From the IMG/VR virus record IMGVR_UViG_3300043331_001676, positions 15,024-79,023 of that record: DNA of 64,000 nt; one strand, written 5' to 3'. This document shows, one piece after another, positions 18,378-28,291 of the stretch. A program made the translations under genes and the position numbers. The number at the start of each line of letters is the position of its first letter. Position 1 is the stretch's first letter. The notes beneath the pieces were generated by a model, which saw nothing but the letters and a program-made list of their open reading frames with translations, did not search any database and had not been told where the DNA came from. This DNA comes from a virus.

Positions 18378-19677
18378 ACTGGTTGAAATTACCCCGGAAG
18401 GTAAACTCAGGCTTCACTTCCACCATGGCCAGTGGCAGGCGTGGCACAGCAGCCGGCGCATCGTCGGCGTCATTGCCGGCACTCAATCCGGCAAAACCGT
18501 TTTTGGTTCTCCGTGGCTTCATCGAGAGATCCAGCAGCGCGGCCCCGGTGATTACATGGTGGTCACGCCTACTTTCCCCCTGCTCGAACTCAAGGCCCTG
18601 CCCGAATTTCGCCGCTATTTTGAGGACATCCTGGCCCTGGGGACTTACCGGGCATCCCCGGTCCGAATTTTCAACTTCTCCGAATCCGGCCAACTGCGCA
18701 CCTTTGGCAACAGCGGCTACGACTATCGCACAAACGTTTTTTTTGGCTACGCGGCTGAGCCTGAGAGCCTGGAAAGCGCTACGGCCAAGGCGGCCTGGCT
18801 GGACGAAGCCGGGCAGAAGCGATTCAAGGTTGACTCCTGGGAGGCGATCCGCCGCCGGCTGTCCATCCACCGGGGCCGGGTCCTCATCACGACCACGCCC
18901 TACAACCTGGGCTGGCTCAAGCAGCGGGTGTGGGATAAGTGGAAAGAAGGCGATCCCAACATTGACGTTATTCGCTTTGTGTCTATCACTAACCCGCTTT
19001 TTAGCCGGGAGGAGTGGGACGACGCCAGGCGGAATCTGCCCCGCTGGAAATTCGATATGTTCTACCGGGCCATCTTTACCCGCCCGGCGGGGCTTATCTA
19101 CGATGTTTTTGATGAGACCCGGCACAGGATTCCGCGCGGGCAGATTACTGTCCAGGATGACTGGCCGCGCTACCTGGGCCTCGACTTCGGCGGGGTGAAC
19201 ACAGTCGGCCTGTTCTATGCCCAGATACCGGGCACAAGCAAGCTCTACCTCTACCGGGAATATAAGGCCGGGGGGCGGACGGCCAGGGAGCATGTCGAGC
19301 ATCTGCTCGAGGGCGAGCCAGTCGTCCCCTTCTGCGTGGGCGGCTCCAGGTCCGAAGGGCAGTGGCGCAGGGAATTTCTGGCAGCCGGCTTGCGGGTCAG
19401 AGGCCCGGCAGTCACCGATGTCGAGGTGGGTATTGACCGGGTCTATGGCCGGCATAAGGCCGACGAGATTTTGGTCTCTGGGGACTGCACCGGCTACCTG
19501 GACGAGAAGTTGACCTACAGCCGGGTGCTGGATGAGAACGGCGAGCCGACCGAAGAGATCGAGGACAAGAGCGAATTCCATTTTATGGATGCTGAGCGCT
19601 ACGTTCTGGGCTGGCTGACCCGGCCCAGGCAGCAGCAGGGTGGAGGCCGCTCGCATTCTTCGCGCTCGCTGCGCTAA
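18355..19677 (+). CDS. terL: Terminase large subunit
   Basis: Walker A AGTQSGKT, Walker B WLDEAG, ITTTP, RNase-H motifs GLDFG and HFMDAERY. Confidence 0.95.
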   Translation: MQTATTNELVEITPEGKLRLHFHHGQWQAWHSSRRIVGVIAGTQSGKTVFGSPWLHREIQQRGPGDYMVVTPTFPLLELKALPEFRRYFEDILALGTYRASPVRIFNFSESGQLRTFGNSGYDYRTNVFFGYAAEPESLESATAKAAWLDEAGQKRFKVDSWEAIRRRLSIHRGRVLITTTPYNLGWLKQRVWDKWKEGDPNIDVIRFVSITNPLFSREEWDDARRNLPRWKFDMFYRAIFTRPAGLIYDVFDETRHRIPRGQITVQDDWPRYLGLDFGGVNTVGLFYAQIPGTSKLYLYREYKAGGRTAREHVEHLLEGEPVVPFCVGGSRSEGQWRREFLAAGLRVRGPAVTDVEVGIDRVYGRHKADEILVSGDCTGYLDEKLTYSRVLDENGEPTEEIEDKSEFHFMDAERYVLGWLTRPRQQQGGGRSHSSRSLR

Positions 19678-19687
19678 AGGAGCACTT

Positions 19688-21331
19688 ATGGACTTTGAAA
19701 CGCTGGACCTCAAAAAAGCCACCGAGCTGATCCCGGATGCCAGCGCCGATTGGCTCAAGGTCAACAAGAAGTTTTATGAGGGCGACCACTGGCAGGACGC
19801 CGGCGGCTGGTCCGGCCCCACCCCGGAGGATGATCACCCGCTGCGTAAGGACCTGATGCTGGAGATCCAGCGCGGCTTTGTCTCCAAGAACACGGTGGCC
19901 GAAGTGACGAACCGGCACGTGGGCGGGGTGATTGGCCGCGAGCCGATGTGGGCGATGGCCCTCATCCGGCCCCTGGCCGAGGGGGAGGAGCCGAGCGCCG
20001 AGGAGCAGGCCCTGATAGACGAGGCCGAGGCGCTGCTCACGGACTGGTGGGACGATTCCAGCCGGGGGGTATCCTGGCGCGACCAGACCGACCACGGCGT
20101 TCACAGCATCCTGCAAGACGCCGTGGCCACGGCCCTGTGGGCCAAACGGGGCGCGCTCAGGCTGTTTGTGCCCCCCGGCCAGCTTCAGGCCGATCCCACT
20201 GACCCCACCGGCCGGATCGTGCCCCGGGCCGATCTCAAAACGAGCGTTATGAGAATACACCTGGACCACCCCGACCCAACCCAGGCGGCAGTGATCCTGG
20301 ACCGGGAAACGATGGCCCAGGCCGGGATTTATCTGTACGAGAAGGATAAGCAGAAGTTCGCCGAGGTTGTATACCTGGACGAGCAGGGCAACACGGTCAT
20401 TCGGATCGTCGGAGCAGGTGAAACCAAGCAGGATGCCCCTTCGCCGGCCTTCAGCCTGACCCTGGGCGGCCAGCTCACGATGCACGAGATAGCCCGCGAG
20501 CGGCTCATCACCGACCAGGTCATCCAGAATCAGAAGGCCCTCAACCTGGCCCTGACGATGCTCAGCCGCAACGTGGTCCTGGGCGGCTTTCTGGAACGGA
20601 CCTATCTCAACGCCCAACTGCCCGGCAGAGAGGAGGATGATCCCAACCGGCCCGGCCAGAAGCGCTTTGTGCCGGAACGGCTGCACGTGGGGGCCGGGGC
20701 GACCAACTTTATCAGCGGCGTTGTGACCGGCATTGACCAGAACGGGAATGATGTCATCGCCACGCCGCAGCTTATCTACCGCGACCCGGTCCCCGTGACC
20801 ACCTTCCGCGACACCAAGGCAGAGAGCTACCGCACCATCCTGGAAGAAGTTCAGCAGCTCCACGCCCTGATCTCAGGTGACGCGACGAGCACCGGCGAGA
20901 GCCGCAAGCAGGCCCGGTCAGATTTCGAGGAGAGCTTGTCCGACACCAAAACCCAGGTCGAAGCGGCCATTCGCTGGCTCCTGGAGACGGTGCTGGCCAT
21001 GGCGGCCACTTTCGCCGGCCAGCCGGGCCGCTACGCCAGCCTGCGGGCCAGCGTTACCTGCCGGCTCAACCTGGGGCCGATCAGTTCCGAGGACCAGCGG
21101 GTCGCCAAAGAGCTGGTCGAGGCCGAGATCATCAGCCGGGAAACCGGCCGTAATTGGGTTGGCGTGGACGATGTGGATGCCGAGGCGGCAAAGATCGAGG
21201 CCGAACAGGAGGTTATCGGAAAGCGGACCCAGGCGAATATAGCGGCGGGCGTGCTGGGTGCGCAGCGGGCGCTGGCCGGGGGCGGGGGTAATGGCCTGGA
21301 GCGGGGAACGGATCAAGATGAGGATGAGTAG
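19688..21331 (+). CDS. Portal protein
   Basis: Follows terL; FYEGDHW, STGESRKQAR, ISRET motifs; AAGGAG RBS before ATG 19688. Confidence 0.85.
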   Translation: MDFETLDLKKATELIPDASADWLKVNKKFYEGDHWQDAGGWSGPTPEDDHPLRKDLMLEIQRGFVSKNTVAEVTNRHVGGVIGREPMWAMALIRPLAEGEEPSAEEQALIDEAEALLTDWWDDSSRGVSWRDQTDHGVHSILQDAVATALWAKRGALRLFVPPGQLQADPTDPTGRIVPRADLKTSVMRIHLDHPDPTQAAVILDRETMAQAGIYLYEKDKQKFAEVVYLDEQGNTVIRIVGAGETKQDAPSPAFSLTLGGQLTMHEIARERLITDQVIQNQKALNLALTMLSRNVVLGGFLERTYLNAQLPGREEDDPNRPGQKRFVPERLHVGAGATNFISGVVTGIDQNGNDVIATPQLIYRDPVPVTTFRDTKAESYRTILEEVQQLHALISGDATSTGESRKQARSDFEESLSDTKTQVEAAIRWLLETVLAMAATFAGQPGRYASLRASVTCRLNLGPISSEDQRVAKELVEAEIISRETGRNWVGVDDVDAEAAKIEAEQEVIGKRTQANIAAGVLGAQRALAGGGGNGLERGTDQDEDE

Positions 21332-21588
21332 TGGCCGGCCCTTCGGCAAGCTCAGGAGGAACCGAGATAGACCTTCAAGCTGTTTTTACCCAGTTTACCA
21401 ACCTTGAGCAGCGTTACCTGCCGGGCGCGCCGGCTGAGCACGACATCCTGCTGATCCTGGAAAATGCGCTGATTGGTGGGGAGTTGATGTTACTAAAGGA
21501 TTTGACCGGATCTTGCGACCATCTAAGGCTGCTGCGCAACGCGCTGCGGATTGCCTACCAGGTGGGGAAAAGTGAGGCCGAAGCGTGA
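21331..21588 (+). CDS. Hypothetical protein
   Basis: Translationally coupled to portal; REP-derived GPSASSG near start. Confidence 0.6.
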   Translation: MAGPSASSGGTEIDLQAVFTQFTNLEQRYLPGAPAEHDILLILENALIGGELMLLKDLTGSCDHLRLLRNALRIAYQVGKSEAEA

Positions 21589-21983
21589 ACGCGGCCCAGT
21601 TCCACCAGGAAATGTTTGAAGCAAAGTTTGAGGCGCTCTGTCACAAGTGGACAGGTTTGTTGAACCTGGGCAACTGGGCCATTGATTATTGGGTGGCCGA
21701 AGTAATTGATGAGGACGGTACAGTTGAGGGTAAATGTCACGTCAAAACCCAGCTCGGCCACCGGGCCACGGTCACTTTTGCCAGCCGGATCGGCTTTGAG
21801 GATGACCTGATGCGAGAAGAGTTGATTGTTCACGAGCACCTACACGTTGTCCTGGACGAGCTGGGCCAGTTCGTCTACCAACATCTGCCCAGAGAGCACC
21901 ACGATTACTTTACCCGGCTGATGGAGATTGCGGTAAGCGACCTGGGCCGGGTACTGGTCAGGCTGAGTAGCGCCCAGGAATGA
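21585..21983 (+). CDS. Small HExxH (zincin-like) protein
   Basis: LIVHEHLH with downstream Glu (MEIAV). Confidence 0.7.
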   Translation: MNAAQFHQEMFEAKFEALCHKWTGLLNLGNWAIDYWVAEVIDEDGTVEGKCHVKTQLGHRATVTFASRIGFEDDLMREELIVHEHLHVVLDELGQFVYQHLPREHHDYFTRLMEIAVSDLGRVLVRLSSAQE

Positions 21984-21984
21984 A

Positions 21985-22050
21985 CCCTTCGACGGGTTCG
22001 ACAGGTCCTTCGAGGGCCTCAGGAGGCTCCTCACCGCAGGCAAGCTCACC
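21985..22050 (+). repeat. Nested REP-like cluster (intergenic)
   Basis: CCCTTCGAC / GTTCGACAGG / CCTTCGAGGGCCTCAGG with CTCACC ends. Confidence 0.75.
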
Positions 22051-22090
22051 CCCGTGAGAAGCCGGGGGCAGGTGATGAAAGGAGATCAGA

Positions 22091-22633
22091 ATGCAAGCTT
22101 ATGAGCCATTGAATGTCCTGCCGCCTGACATTCAGCAAGATTGGATGGCTAGTTTACAAAAGGCTGTACCAACCGAAAAAGGTGTCTTTCGGCTGGTGGG
22201 CATCCGCCGGACCAAGCCCAAATCTTTTGAGGAGCAGCGGGTTATTGTTCTGGTCGTTGATGAGAACGGCTTTCTGATGCCGAACGTCCGGGTCGCCTTC
22301 TCTTACAGCACGGCTGACGGGTACGTGCTCACCCCCGATTTTCTGTGGAGTCCGCCCCCGCCCAGCAAAGCCTTCATCGTGCCGACTGCCGGCAGCGGGC
22401 AGATTGACCAGGTGCAGGGCAGCGCGGTCAGGCCCGGCGAGCCGGGCGGGATCACGGTTTATATGCTTGAGCCGGAGTATTCCAGCGATGTGGTGACGGG
22501 GGCGGGCATGCTGGCCGATCACACCGGTCTGCACCTGATTTATCAACTTCGCCGCACGGGCATTGTGCCTTTGATGGAGCGGATCGCCAACCTTGAGGCG
22601 CGGGTGGTCGCGCTTGAAGCGTTACAAAATTAA
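22091..22633 (+). CDS. Hypothetical beta-sandwich protein with C-terminal coiled coil
   Basis: VLVVDENG..PNVRV, SDVVTGAGM..H, ERIANLEARV. Confidence 0.7.
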   Translation: MQAYEPLNVLPPDIQQDWMASLQKAVPTEKGVFRLVGIRRTKPKSFEEQRVIVLVVDENGFLMPNVRVAFSYSTADGYVLTPDFLWSPPPPSKAFIVPTAGSGQIDQVQGSAVRPGEPGGITVYMLEPEYSSDVVTGAGMLADHTGLHLIYQLRRTGIVPLMERIANLEARVVALEALQN

Positions 22634-22657
22634 ACCAAAACATCTTGGAGGTCAACG

Positions 22658-22969
22658 ATGTACCCAACTTTTGAGAACCCGGCAACTTTACCTACAGCCG
22701 ATGGTGGTCAGGTCAGGCAGACGCAAGTTTCCAGGGAGTGCGTGGGGCTGGTCGAGCAAACCGAAATACTGATGAAGCTGATCAGTAGTCTTGAGGACCG
22801 GCTGCACCCTATCCTTCGGCCCCATCCCACGCCACCCAATGGACGTATTTCGGAGGAGGAAAAAAGGGAACCGCTGGCGGCCCACGCCGAGTTCCTGCGT
22901 GTCCGAAACGCCCAGTTGAATGCCGGTATCCACATTCTGGAAGGCATCCCTAACCGGCTGGAGCTATAA
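22658..22969 (+). CDS. Hypothetical protein
   Basis: GGAGGT RBS. Confidence 0.7.
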   Translation: MYPTFENPATLPTADGGQVRQTQVSRECVGLVEQTEILMKLISSLEDRLHPILRPHPTPPNGRISEEEKREPLAAHAEFLRVRNAQLNAGIHILEGIPNRLEL

Positions 22970-22972
22970 GCG

Positions 22973-23350
22973 ATGAAACGCAACCGCAAAGCTGAAGCCT
23001 TGAGGGATCAGCGCCGGCTCAGCCGGCAGGAAGCCGAGCGCAAGCAGGTGGCAATTCTTCTGACCGAGATGGAGCAGGCGGCAAGCCAGGTGCTGGCCGA
23101 GCACTTCAGCTTCACCGAGGAGCAAATCGCCCAATTTCTTGAACTCCTGCGCGCCCGCTACCGCGACATCCAGGCCCAGCCGCCTATCTTTAGCCAGGAG
23201 AAGCGGCTGGGGGTGGCCGCGCAAAAGTTCGGCCTGGCCGCCTTGCAGATACTCATCGAGGCTTACGGGTTCACCCCGGAACTGGCCGACGCCTGGCTAA
23301 AGAAGCTGATCGAGCAGGGGCATAGGAATCGAGCAGGAGAGAAAAAATGA
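22973..23350 (+). CDS. Hypothetical protein with internal repeat
   Basis: Repeated A.QVL.EHF.FT.EQ / ALQIL.EAYGFT.EL motif. Confidence 0.7.
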   Translation: MKRNRKAEALRDQRRLSRQEAERKQVAILLTEMEQAASQVLAEHFSFTEEQIAQFLELLRARYRDIQAQPPIFSQEKRLGVAAQKFGLAALQILIEAYGFTPELADAWLKKLIEQGHRNRAGEKK

Positions 23351-23429
23351 GCCGGTTTCTATGTATTAACAGGGGTGAATGGCAAAGCCGGGAAGGTGAG
23401 CCGGCCTTGTTCACCAGGCGGACATTATA

Positions 23430-23459
23430 AATGTAACTTAAGCTTTATTAAGTTACATT
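23430..23459. other. Symmetric dif-like (tyrosine recombinase-type) site or operator
   Basis: AATGTAACTTAA-GCTTTA-TTAAGTTACATT: perfect 12-bp arms, 6-bp spacer. Confidence 0.55.
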
Positions 23460-23476
23460 AACATAAGGATAACAAA

Positions 23477-23719
23477 ATGGTAGCAGTCTTAACCAAAACC
23501 GACCCACTGGAAGCCCTGAAACGGGCCAATGCCAAGGAAAGCTACGAGTGGCTGGCTACCAACAGTCCAGACCATTTCGATGCAGTTACGGTAGCAATAG
23601 AGCAAGGCGTCACGCCGGATGACGTTTATAGAGCCGTATATCGTGATACCTATAGACACGAGATCGCCCACCGCTGCCGGCTGGCGGCCCGCTGGATGAC
23701 CATCCAGGCTTCGTCGTGA
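23477..23719 (+). CDS. Hypothetical protein
   Basis: TAAGGA RBS. Confidence 0.7.
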   Translation: MVAVLTKTDPLEALKRANAKESYEWLATNSPDHFDAVTVAIEQGVTPDDVYRAVYRDTYRHEIAHRCRLAARWMTIQASS

Positions 23720-23790
23720 GCGCTCAGCCGAACGGCCGGGCAGGCCGCGGCCGCGTAAGACTTTCAAACGCTCGTTTGGAATTCTAGCCA

Positions 23791-25809
23791 ATGCCCGACC
23801 CCTTCGACGCAGCCCTTCGACTGGCTCAGGAGGAGCCTCAGGATGTACCCCTGATTGTCCAGCTCACCCGGCAATTCCAGGCTTCCCTTGACGCCAGAAA
23901 TAGCGCGGCCATGCAGCAGATGGCCGCCGAGTGGCTCAAGGTCGAGGACCGGCTGCGTGCCGAGATCGAGCTTTTGGCCGCCGAGCTGGCCAGCCCACCT
24001 GGCCAGCCGCTCAAGCTCGACCCCGTGACCGAAATGGTGGTCAGGATGCGGGAGGCCGGCTACGCCCCGGACCGTATCCAGCAGCTTCTCGCCTCTCAGG
24101 GCATCTTCAAAATCCCCGACATCCCCCAGCCGCAGGCCAAGGAACTTAAAGCCTGGCAACTCGCCAAACTCCAGCGCTATGTCCGGCTGCTGGCCCAGGT
24201 GCAGCAGGAGATCGAGCGCTTCACGGGCCAGACCGCCACGCCGGTGATTGACCAACTGCTGGCCGATAGCGCCTTCGCCGGCCTCGAAGATGCCCTGACC
24301 CTCATCAATGCCACGATCACCGCGAGCGGCGGCAACGCCATTGACTTTGGCTTCGACCGGCTGGGCATCGAGGCGGTCCAGAATATCGTGGCTGTAGCTT
24401 CAGCCGGCAAGCCGCTCGGCGACCTGCTCCAGGCGGCCTACCCGCTGGCTGCCGGCGGGATCACGGATAGGCTGATCTACGGCACGGCTGCCGGCTGGAA
24501 CCCGCGCAAGACGGCCAGGGCGATCATTAACGAGGGCCTGGCGCAGGGGCTGAATCATATTCTGCTTGTCGCGCGGGATCAGCAGGTAAGGAATTACCGC
24601 GAGGCCAGCCGGCAGCAGTATCTAAAAAGCGGGGTCGTCCAGCAATATCGCCGGCTGGCGGCCAGGCAGTCGCGTTCGTGCCTGGCCTGCCTGGCCCTGG
24701 ATGGCACGATCCAGGACGTGGCCGAACTTATGGCCCTACACCCCCAGGATAGATGCTCGATCATCCCTCTCGTCCCCGGCTTTGATCCTATTCCCACCGA
24801 AAGCGGCGAAGCCTGGTTCAATAGGCAGCCCGCCGAGGTGCAGCGGCGGATGATGGGGCCGGGTAGGTATAATGCCTGGAAAGCCGGCAAGTTCAAGTTC
24901 AATCAGTTAGCTACGATCAAGCCCAACGCTACCTGGGGGCCATCGGCGCAGGTAACGCCGCTTAAGGACCTGCTCAAGGGCCGGGGAGGATTTACCCCTG
25001 CTACACCACCTGAGCCGCAGCCTATTCCAACCCCCGGCCAGACGCAGCCGCTAACCGGCCCGGCTGCCCGCAAGCTGATCGAGGCGATGAGTCAGGAAAG
25101 CCAGTTGGCCCAGTACCGGACGCAGATTGCGGACCAGGAGCGATTGGCTGAGGCTGCCTTTAAGGCCGGTGACGTTGCCAGCGCGACGGCGCTCCTTGAT
25201 CAATCAACCGAAGTCCTGGTGCAGCTCAGGCAGGCCGAGGAGGAGGTCAAGACGCGGATCCGGGAGAATTTGCTCTATGTCCAGACCCCGGCTACCTTCC
25301 AGGTCAATTTTGCCAGCCGGTTCAACAGAGAGCTAAAAGCCCGCTACCAGGTCGGCCTGGATGCTTTTGCCAGGATGGTCGGCTTAAGAACACTGGATGG
25401 CCAGACCGTCCAGGTCAAGGCCAGGCGCGGCGGTGGCCGGGCTTACTATGACCGGATGGCAATTGTTCTATCCAGGGGAACGGGTGAGCGGGTGGTCATC
25501 CATGAGGCCGGCCACTGGCTGGAAGACCTGGACCCGGAAGTGCATCGGAAGGCTCTGGAATTCTATGATCGCCGGACCCAGGGCGAGCAGGTGGAATGGC
25601 TGGGGCCGGGCTACAGCCGCTGGGAGGTAACTCGGCGGGACAAGTTCTTGAGCGATTATATGGGTAAAGAGTATAAGGATCGCCGGGGCGAACGGTACGC
25701 GACCGAGATTATTTCAATGGGGATGGAATATATGTGGGATGACCCGGTCCGACTGGCGACAGAAGACCCGGATTACTTTGACTTTATCTTTGAGGTGCTG
25801 CGGGGTTAG
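23791..25809 (+). CDS. MuF-like minor head protein with C-terminal HExxH metallopeptidase-like extension
   Basis: AR.Q...RSCLACLALDG...HPQDRC MuF core, Pro-rich linker, VIHEAGHWLE and TEIISMG. Confidence 0.85.
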   Translation: MPDPFDAALRLAQEEPQDVPLIVQLTRQFQASLDARNSAAMQQMAAEWLKVEDRLRAEIELLAAELASPPGQPLKLDPVTEMVVRMREAGYAPDRIQQLLASQGIFKIPDIPQPQAKELKAWQLAKLQRYVRLLAQVQQEIERFTGQTATPVIDQLLADSAFAGLEDALTLINATITASGGNAIDFGFDRLGIEAVQNIVAVASAGKPLGDLLQAAYPLAAGGITDRLIYGTAAGWNPRKTARAIINEGLAQGLNHILLVARDQQVRNYREASRQQYLKSGVVQQYRRLAARQSRSCLACLALDGTIQDVAELMALHPQDRCSIIPLVPGFDPIPTESGEAWFNRQPAEVQRRMMGPGRYNAWKAGKFKFNQLATIKPNATWGPSAQVTPLKDLLKGRGGFTPATPPEPQPIPTPGQTQPLTGPAARKLIEAMSQESQLAQYRTQIADQERLAEAAFKAGDVASATALLDQSTEVLVQLRQAEEEVKTRIRENLLYVQTPATFQVNFASRFNRELKARYQVGLDAFARMVGLRTLDGQTVQVKARRGGGRAYYDRMAIVLSRGTGERVVIHEAGHWLEDLDPEVHRKALEFYDRRTQGEQVEWLGPGYSRWEVTRRDKFLSDYMGKEYKDRRGERYATEIISMGMEYMWDDPVRLATEDPDYFDFIFEVLRG

Positions 25810-26039
25810 AGAATACGACCTTCCGGCTCTTCTGCCGGGGCCTCGGCAGCGACGATCACGCCGCCGAGCCGGCCCACCGCATCCTGGGCGGCGGTCAGGT
25901 CCGGGTTGGGGTCGGCACCGGAAGGGCCGGCGGGGTTGAGCATGGCGTTCAGTGCGGCCTCCAGCGACGGGTCGGCGCTGGTCCAGCGGTAATCGGTTAT
26001 GGTGGCCTCAAGCGGGCCGATGCGGATGGTTGCGCTCAC
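25806..26039 (-). CDS. Small acidic protein, candidate MuF partner/immunity
   Basis: Convergent ORF whose stop overlaps the MuF stop; AGGAAGGG RBS. Confidence 0.65.
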   Translation of the reverse strand: MSATIRIGPLEATITDYRWTSADPSLEAALNAMLNPAGPSGADPNPDLTAAQDAVGRLGGVIVAAEAPAEEPEGRIL

Positions 26040-26072
26040 AAGTTTCCAGATATTCCCTTCCTGAGTAGTATA

Positions 26073-27771
26073 TCATATCCCGATCCCCAAAATCAACTTT
26101 GAAACGCGCGTTGCAAAATAGGTTATTATGAGAGGCGGGTTAAAATGAGCGATGGACTTAACTTTGCAAAGCTGGCTGAAGCGTGGGACGCTATTTGCCC
26201 GCCGCCTTACTACGCAATCGGCGAATACATAGAGCCGGGCAAGGTGCTCTGGGTAAGCGAAGGCAGGCATTACCCGGAATACATCGTTTGCCACCCGGAT
26301 GATCTTGAAATGTTTAAGCGCAATATCGTGGGCCGGCGACTGGCCCCCTTGCAGGATTGGCGGCCGGCGTAGGCTTCGGTCATGCTGCCAGTTCTGGCAC
26401 CCGAACCTGCTCAGGAGTGATGGGTATCGCCTGCCCCTCCCATTTTGGGCCACAAGTGCCTGGGTTTTGCGGTACTCGTCGGCCTGAGCGATCAGGGTAA
26501 ATTCTATCTCCCCGTGATTTTGACGGACAACCTCCTGGATTTCGGCCAGGCTAACCCTGAAGAATTCCTTGCGTAAGTTGACCTGGTTGATACGCCTGGA
26601 GTCGAAACAGTTGTGTAGCTTCGTCTCCAGGGTAGGCGCGTCCTCGCAGAAGATTAGGGCGTGAATGTCGAAGGGGAACGGCACGGAAGCGTCGCCCAAC
26701 TCCTGGATGCGCTCCTCCGGCACAAGCCGGCGCGTCATCCCGATCTTGTATATATCCTCGCCAAAAGAGCCGATGTTTGAAATGATATAGACATGGCCTG
26801 ATCGGGTCATCTGGGCGCGGGACATAGCCCGCTCTTTTTGCTCCTGGGCCTCTATTAGCCGCTGCTGAAGCAGCTCGATTTGTGCCTGTAGCTTGTCGTG
26901 TCTTGCTCCGGTGGCCTGCTCCATTTCAATGCGAGCCTGCTCTAGGGCCTCTTGATACCGCCGCTCTTCCTTCTCGGCATCCTGCTGCGCTTTTTCTATC
27001 TCGCGGCGAGCAATCTCTTCTTGCCGCATCTGCTCGCGGATCTGGCGCTGCTCTTCCTTCTCGGCGTATAGTTTCTCCTGGTATTCGTGGACCAGGTGCA
27101 ATTCTTCGATCTTCAGGTCAAAATAGGCTTCATTGATCCAGCAGGTTTTGGTTTTGCCGAGTTTGTTGATGGCATCATATAGCGATTTAATGCGCTCTCC
27201 GATCCGCTGAATGTTGTCATATTTCACCTTCATAATCAGAGCATCGCACTCCCCGTTGAAGGCTCGCAGCATGAGCTTCATCTCTTCTTCAACCATCTTG
27301 CGGCCTTCCTTCTTGCTGCCGTGAACCGTCCATTCCGTGCCGCAAATGACGGCCTGTTTGGCCTGGATCATTTGCTTCTGGCGCTGGTGGATTTTATCTA
27401 TTTCCAGCTTATATCGCTCGGAGGAGCCAAAGTCATATTTTGGTTCATATAAACCGTAGCTTTGAATGTCCAATTCACCATCCAGGCTTTTCAACTGGGC
27501 ATTTAGCTCGGCAATAGCCTTTTTTGATCTTCACCCCTTCTTCTTTCAGCCGATCCTGTTCGGCCTTCAATTGTTCATTCTTTTCAGTCAACTTATTGCT
27601 GACACTTCTGATTTTGTCCTGCTCGGCCTCAAGGTCGCTAATACCCTTGTACCTGTGCAGCCGCTTCCTCATACCAAGAAGCTCGTACACCAACCAGCCG
27701 ATAACGACCAGTGCCGCGATAAACAGTGCGGCTACAAAGAAAGCGATTAAAAAAGATTGCATATTAGACAT
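26073..27771 (-). pseudogene. DUF4041 / T5orf172 (GIY-YIG-like) membrane protein, split by a frameshift
   Basis: N-terminal TM ORF 27475-27771 joins the LRAFNGECD...GHVYIISNIGSFG..KIGMTRR..ASVPFPFD ORF if one A is removed from the A6 run (27520-27525); native stop also appears lost. Confidence 0.8.
26145..26372 (+). CDS. Hypothetical protein
   Basis: GAGG RBS, protein-like composition. Confidence 0.55.
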   Translation: MSDGLNFAKLAEAWDAICPPPYYAIGEYIEPGKVLWVSEGRHYPEYIVCHPDDLEMFKRNIVGRRLAPLQDWRPA

Positions 27772-27938
27772 TTTTTACGCTCCTACACGTGTCTAAAATG
27801 GCCTGAAGTGCCGGCTTCTTCCCCATCCTTATTATAAAATTGCCAGGTGTGTATTCGGTTTGAATCCACGTTCGATATATTTTCGGCGGGACTAAATTCC
27901 TACACCCTGCCACGTTAAGCCTGTTCAAAATCACCCTA

Positions 27939-27967
27939 TTGCCAACTTCTGTGTCTTATGGTAAAAT
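27939..27967 (+). promoter_or_regulatory. Sigma70-type promoter
   Basis: TTGCCA-17-TAAAAT with TGn extension. Confidence 0.55.
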
Positions 27968-28091
27968 AAATCCAAGCGGCGGCCTCTGTGGGGGATTCGC
28001 CGTTTTTTTGTCCCCCAGGGAGATGCGACGAAGGACCCAACGGGCCGAATCTGGCCCGTAGAGGCCAAGTGCTAATGCCTGGAGAAGTCAC

Positions 28092-28238
28092 GTGCCGGAA
28101 TGGCTACTAAAGCTCGCTCGTCGTTTGATGGCCTTACCAGAGGGTCGCTATCAAATAACAGTGACTATCGGGCCGGGCAATTATTATGACTGCACAGTGA
28201 CCGAACTCGGCAAAGTTGAGATTTTAGGCAAAAAGTAA
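28092..28238 (+). CDS. 48-aa small protein missed by the ORF track
   Basis: GGAG RBS then GTG; MPEWLLKLARRLMALPEGRYQITVTIGPGNYYDCTVTELGKVEILGKK. Confidence 0.6.
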   Translation: MPEWLLKLARRLMALPEGRYQITVTIGPGNYYDCTVTELGKVEILGKK

Positions 28239-28291
28239 CTTTGCCTGGCCCGGCCACCATACCGGGTAACAGCACCAGGAACGTTAGATAC

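Noticed and set aside
18322-20863. 481-aa and 426-aa - strand ORFs
   Set aside because: Shadows of terL and portal caused by high-GC codon bias
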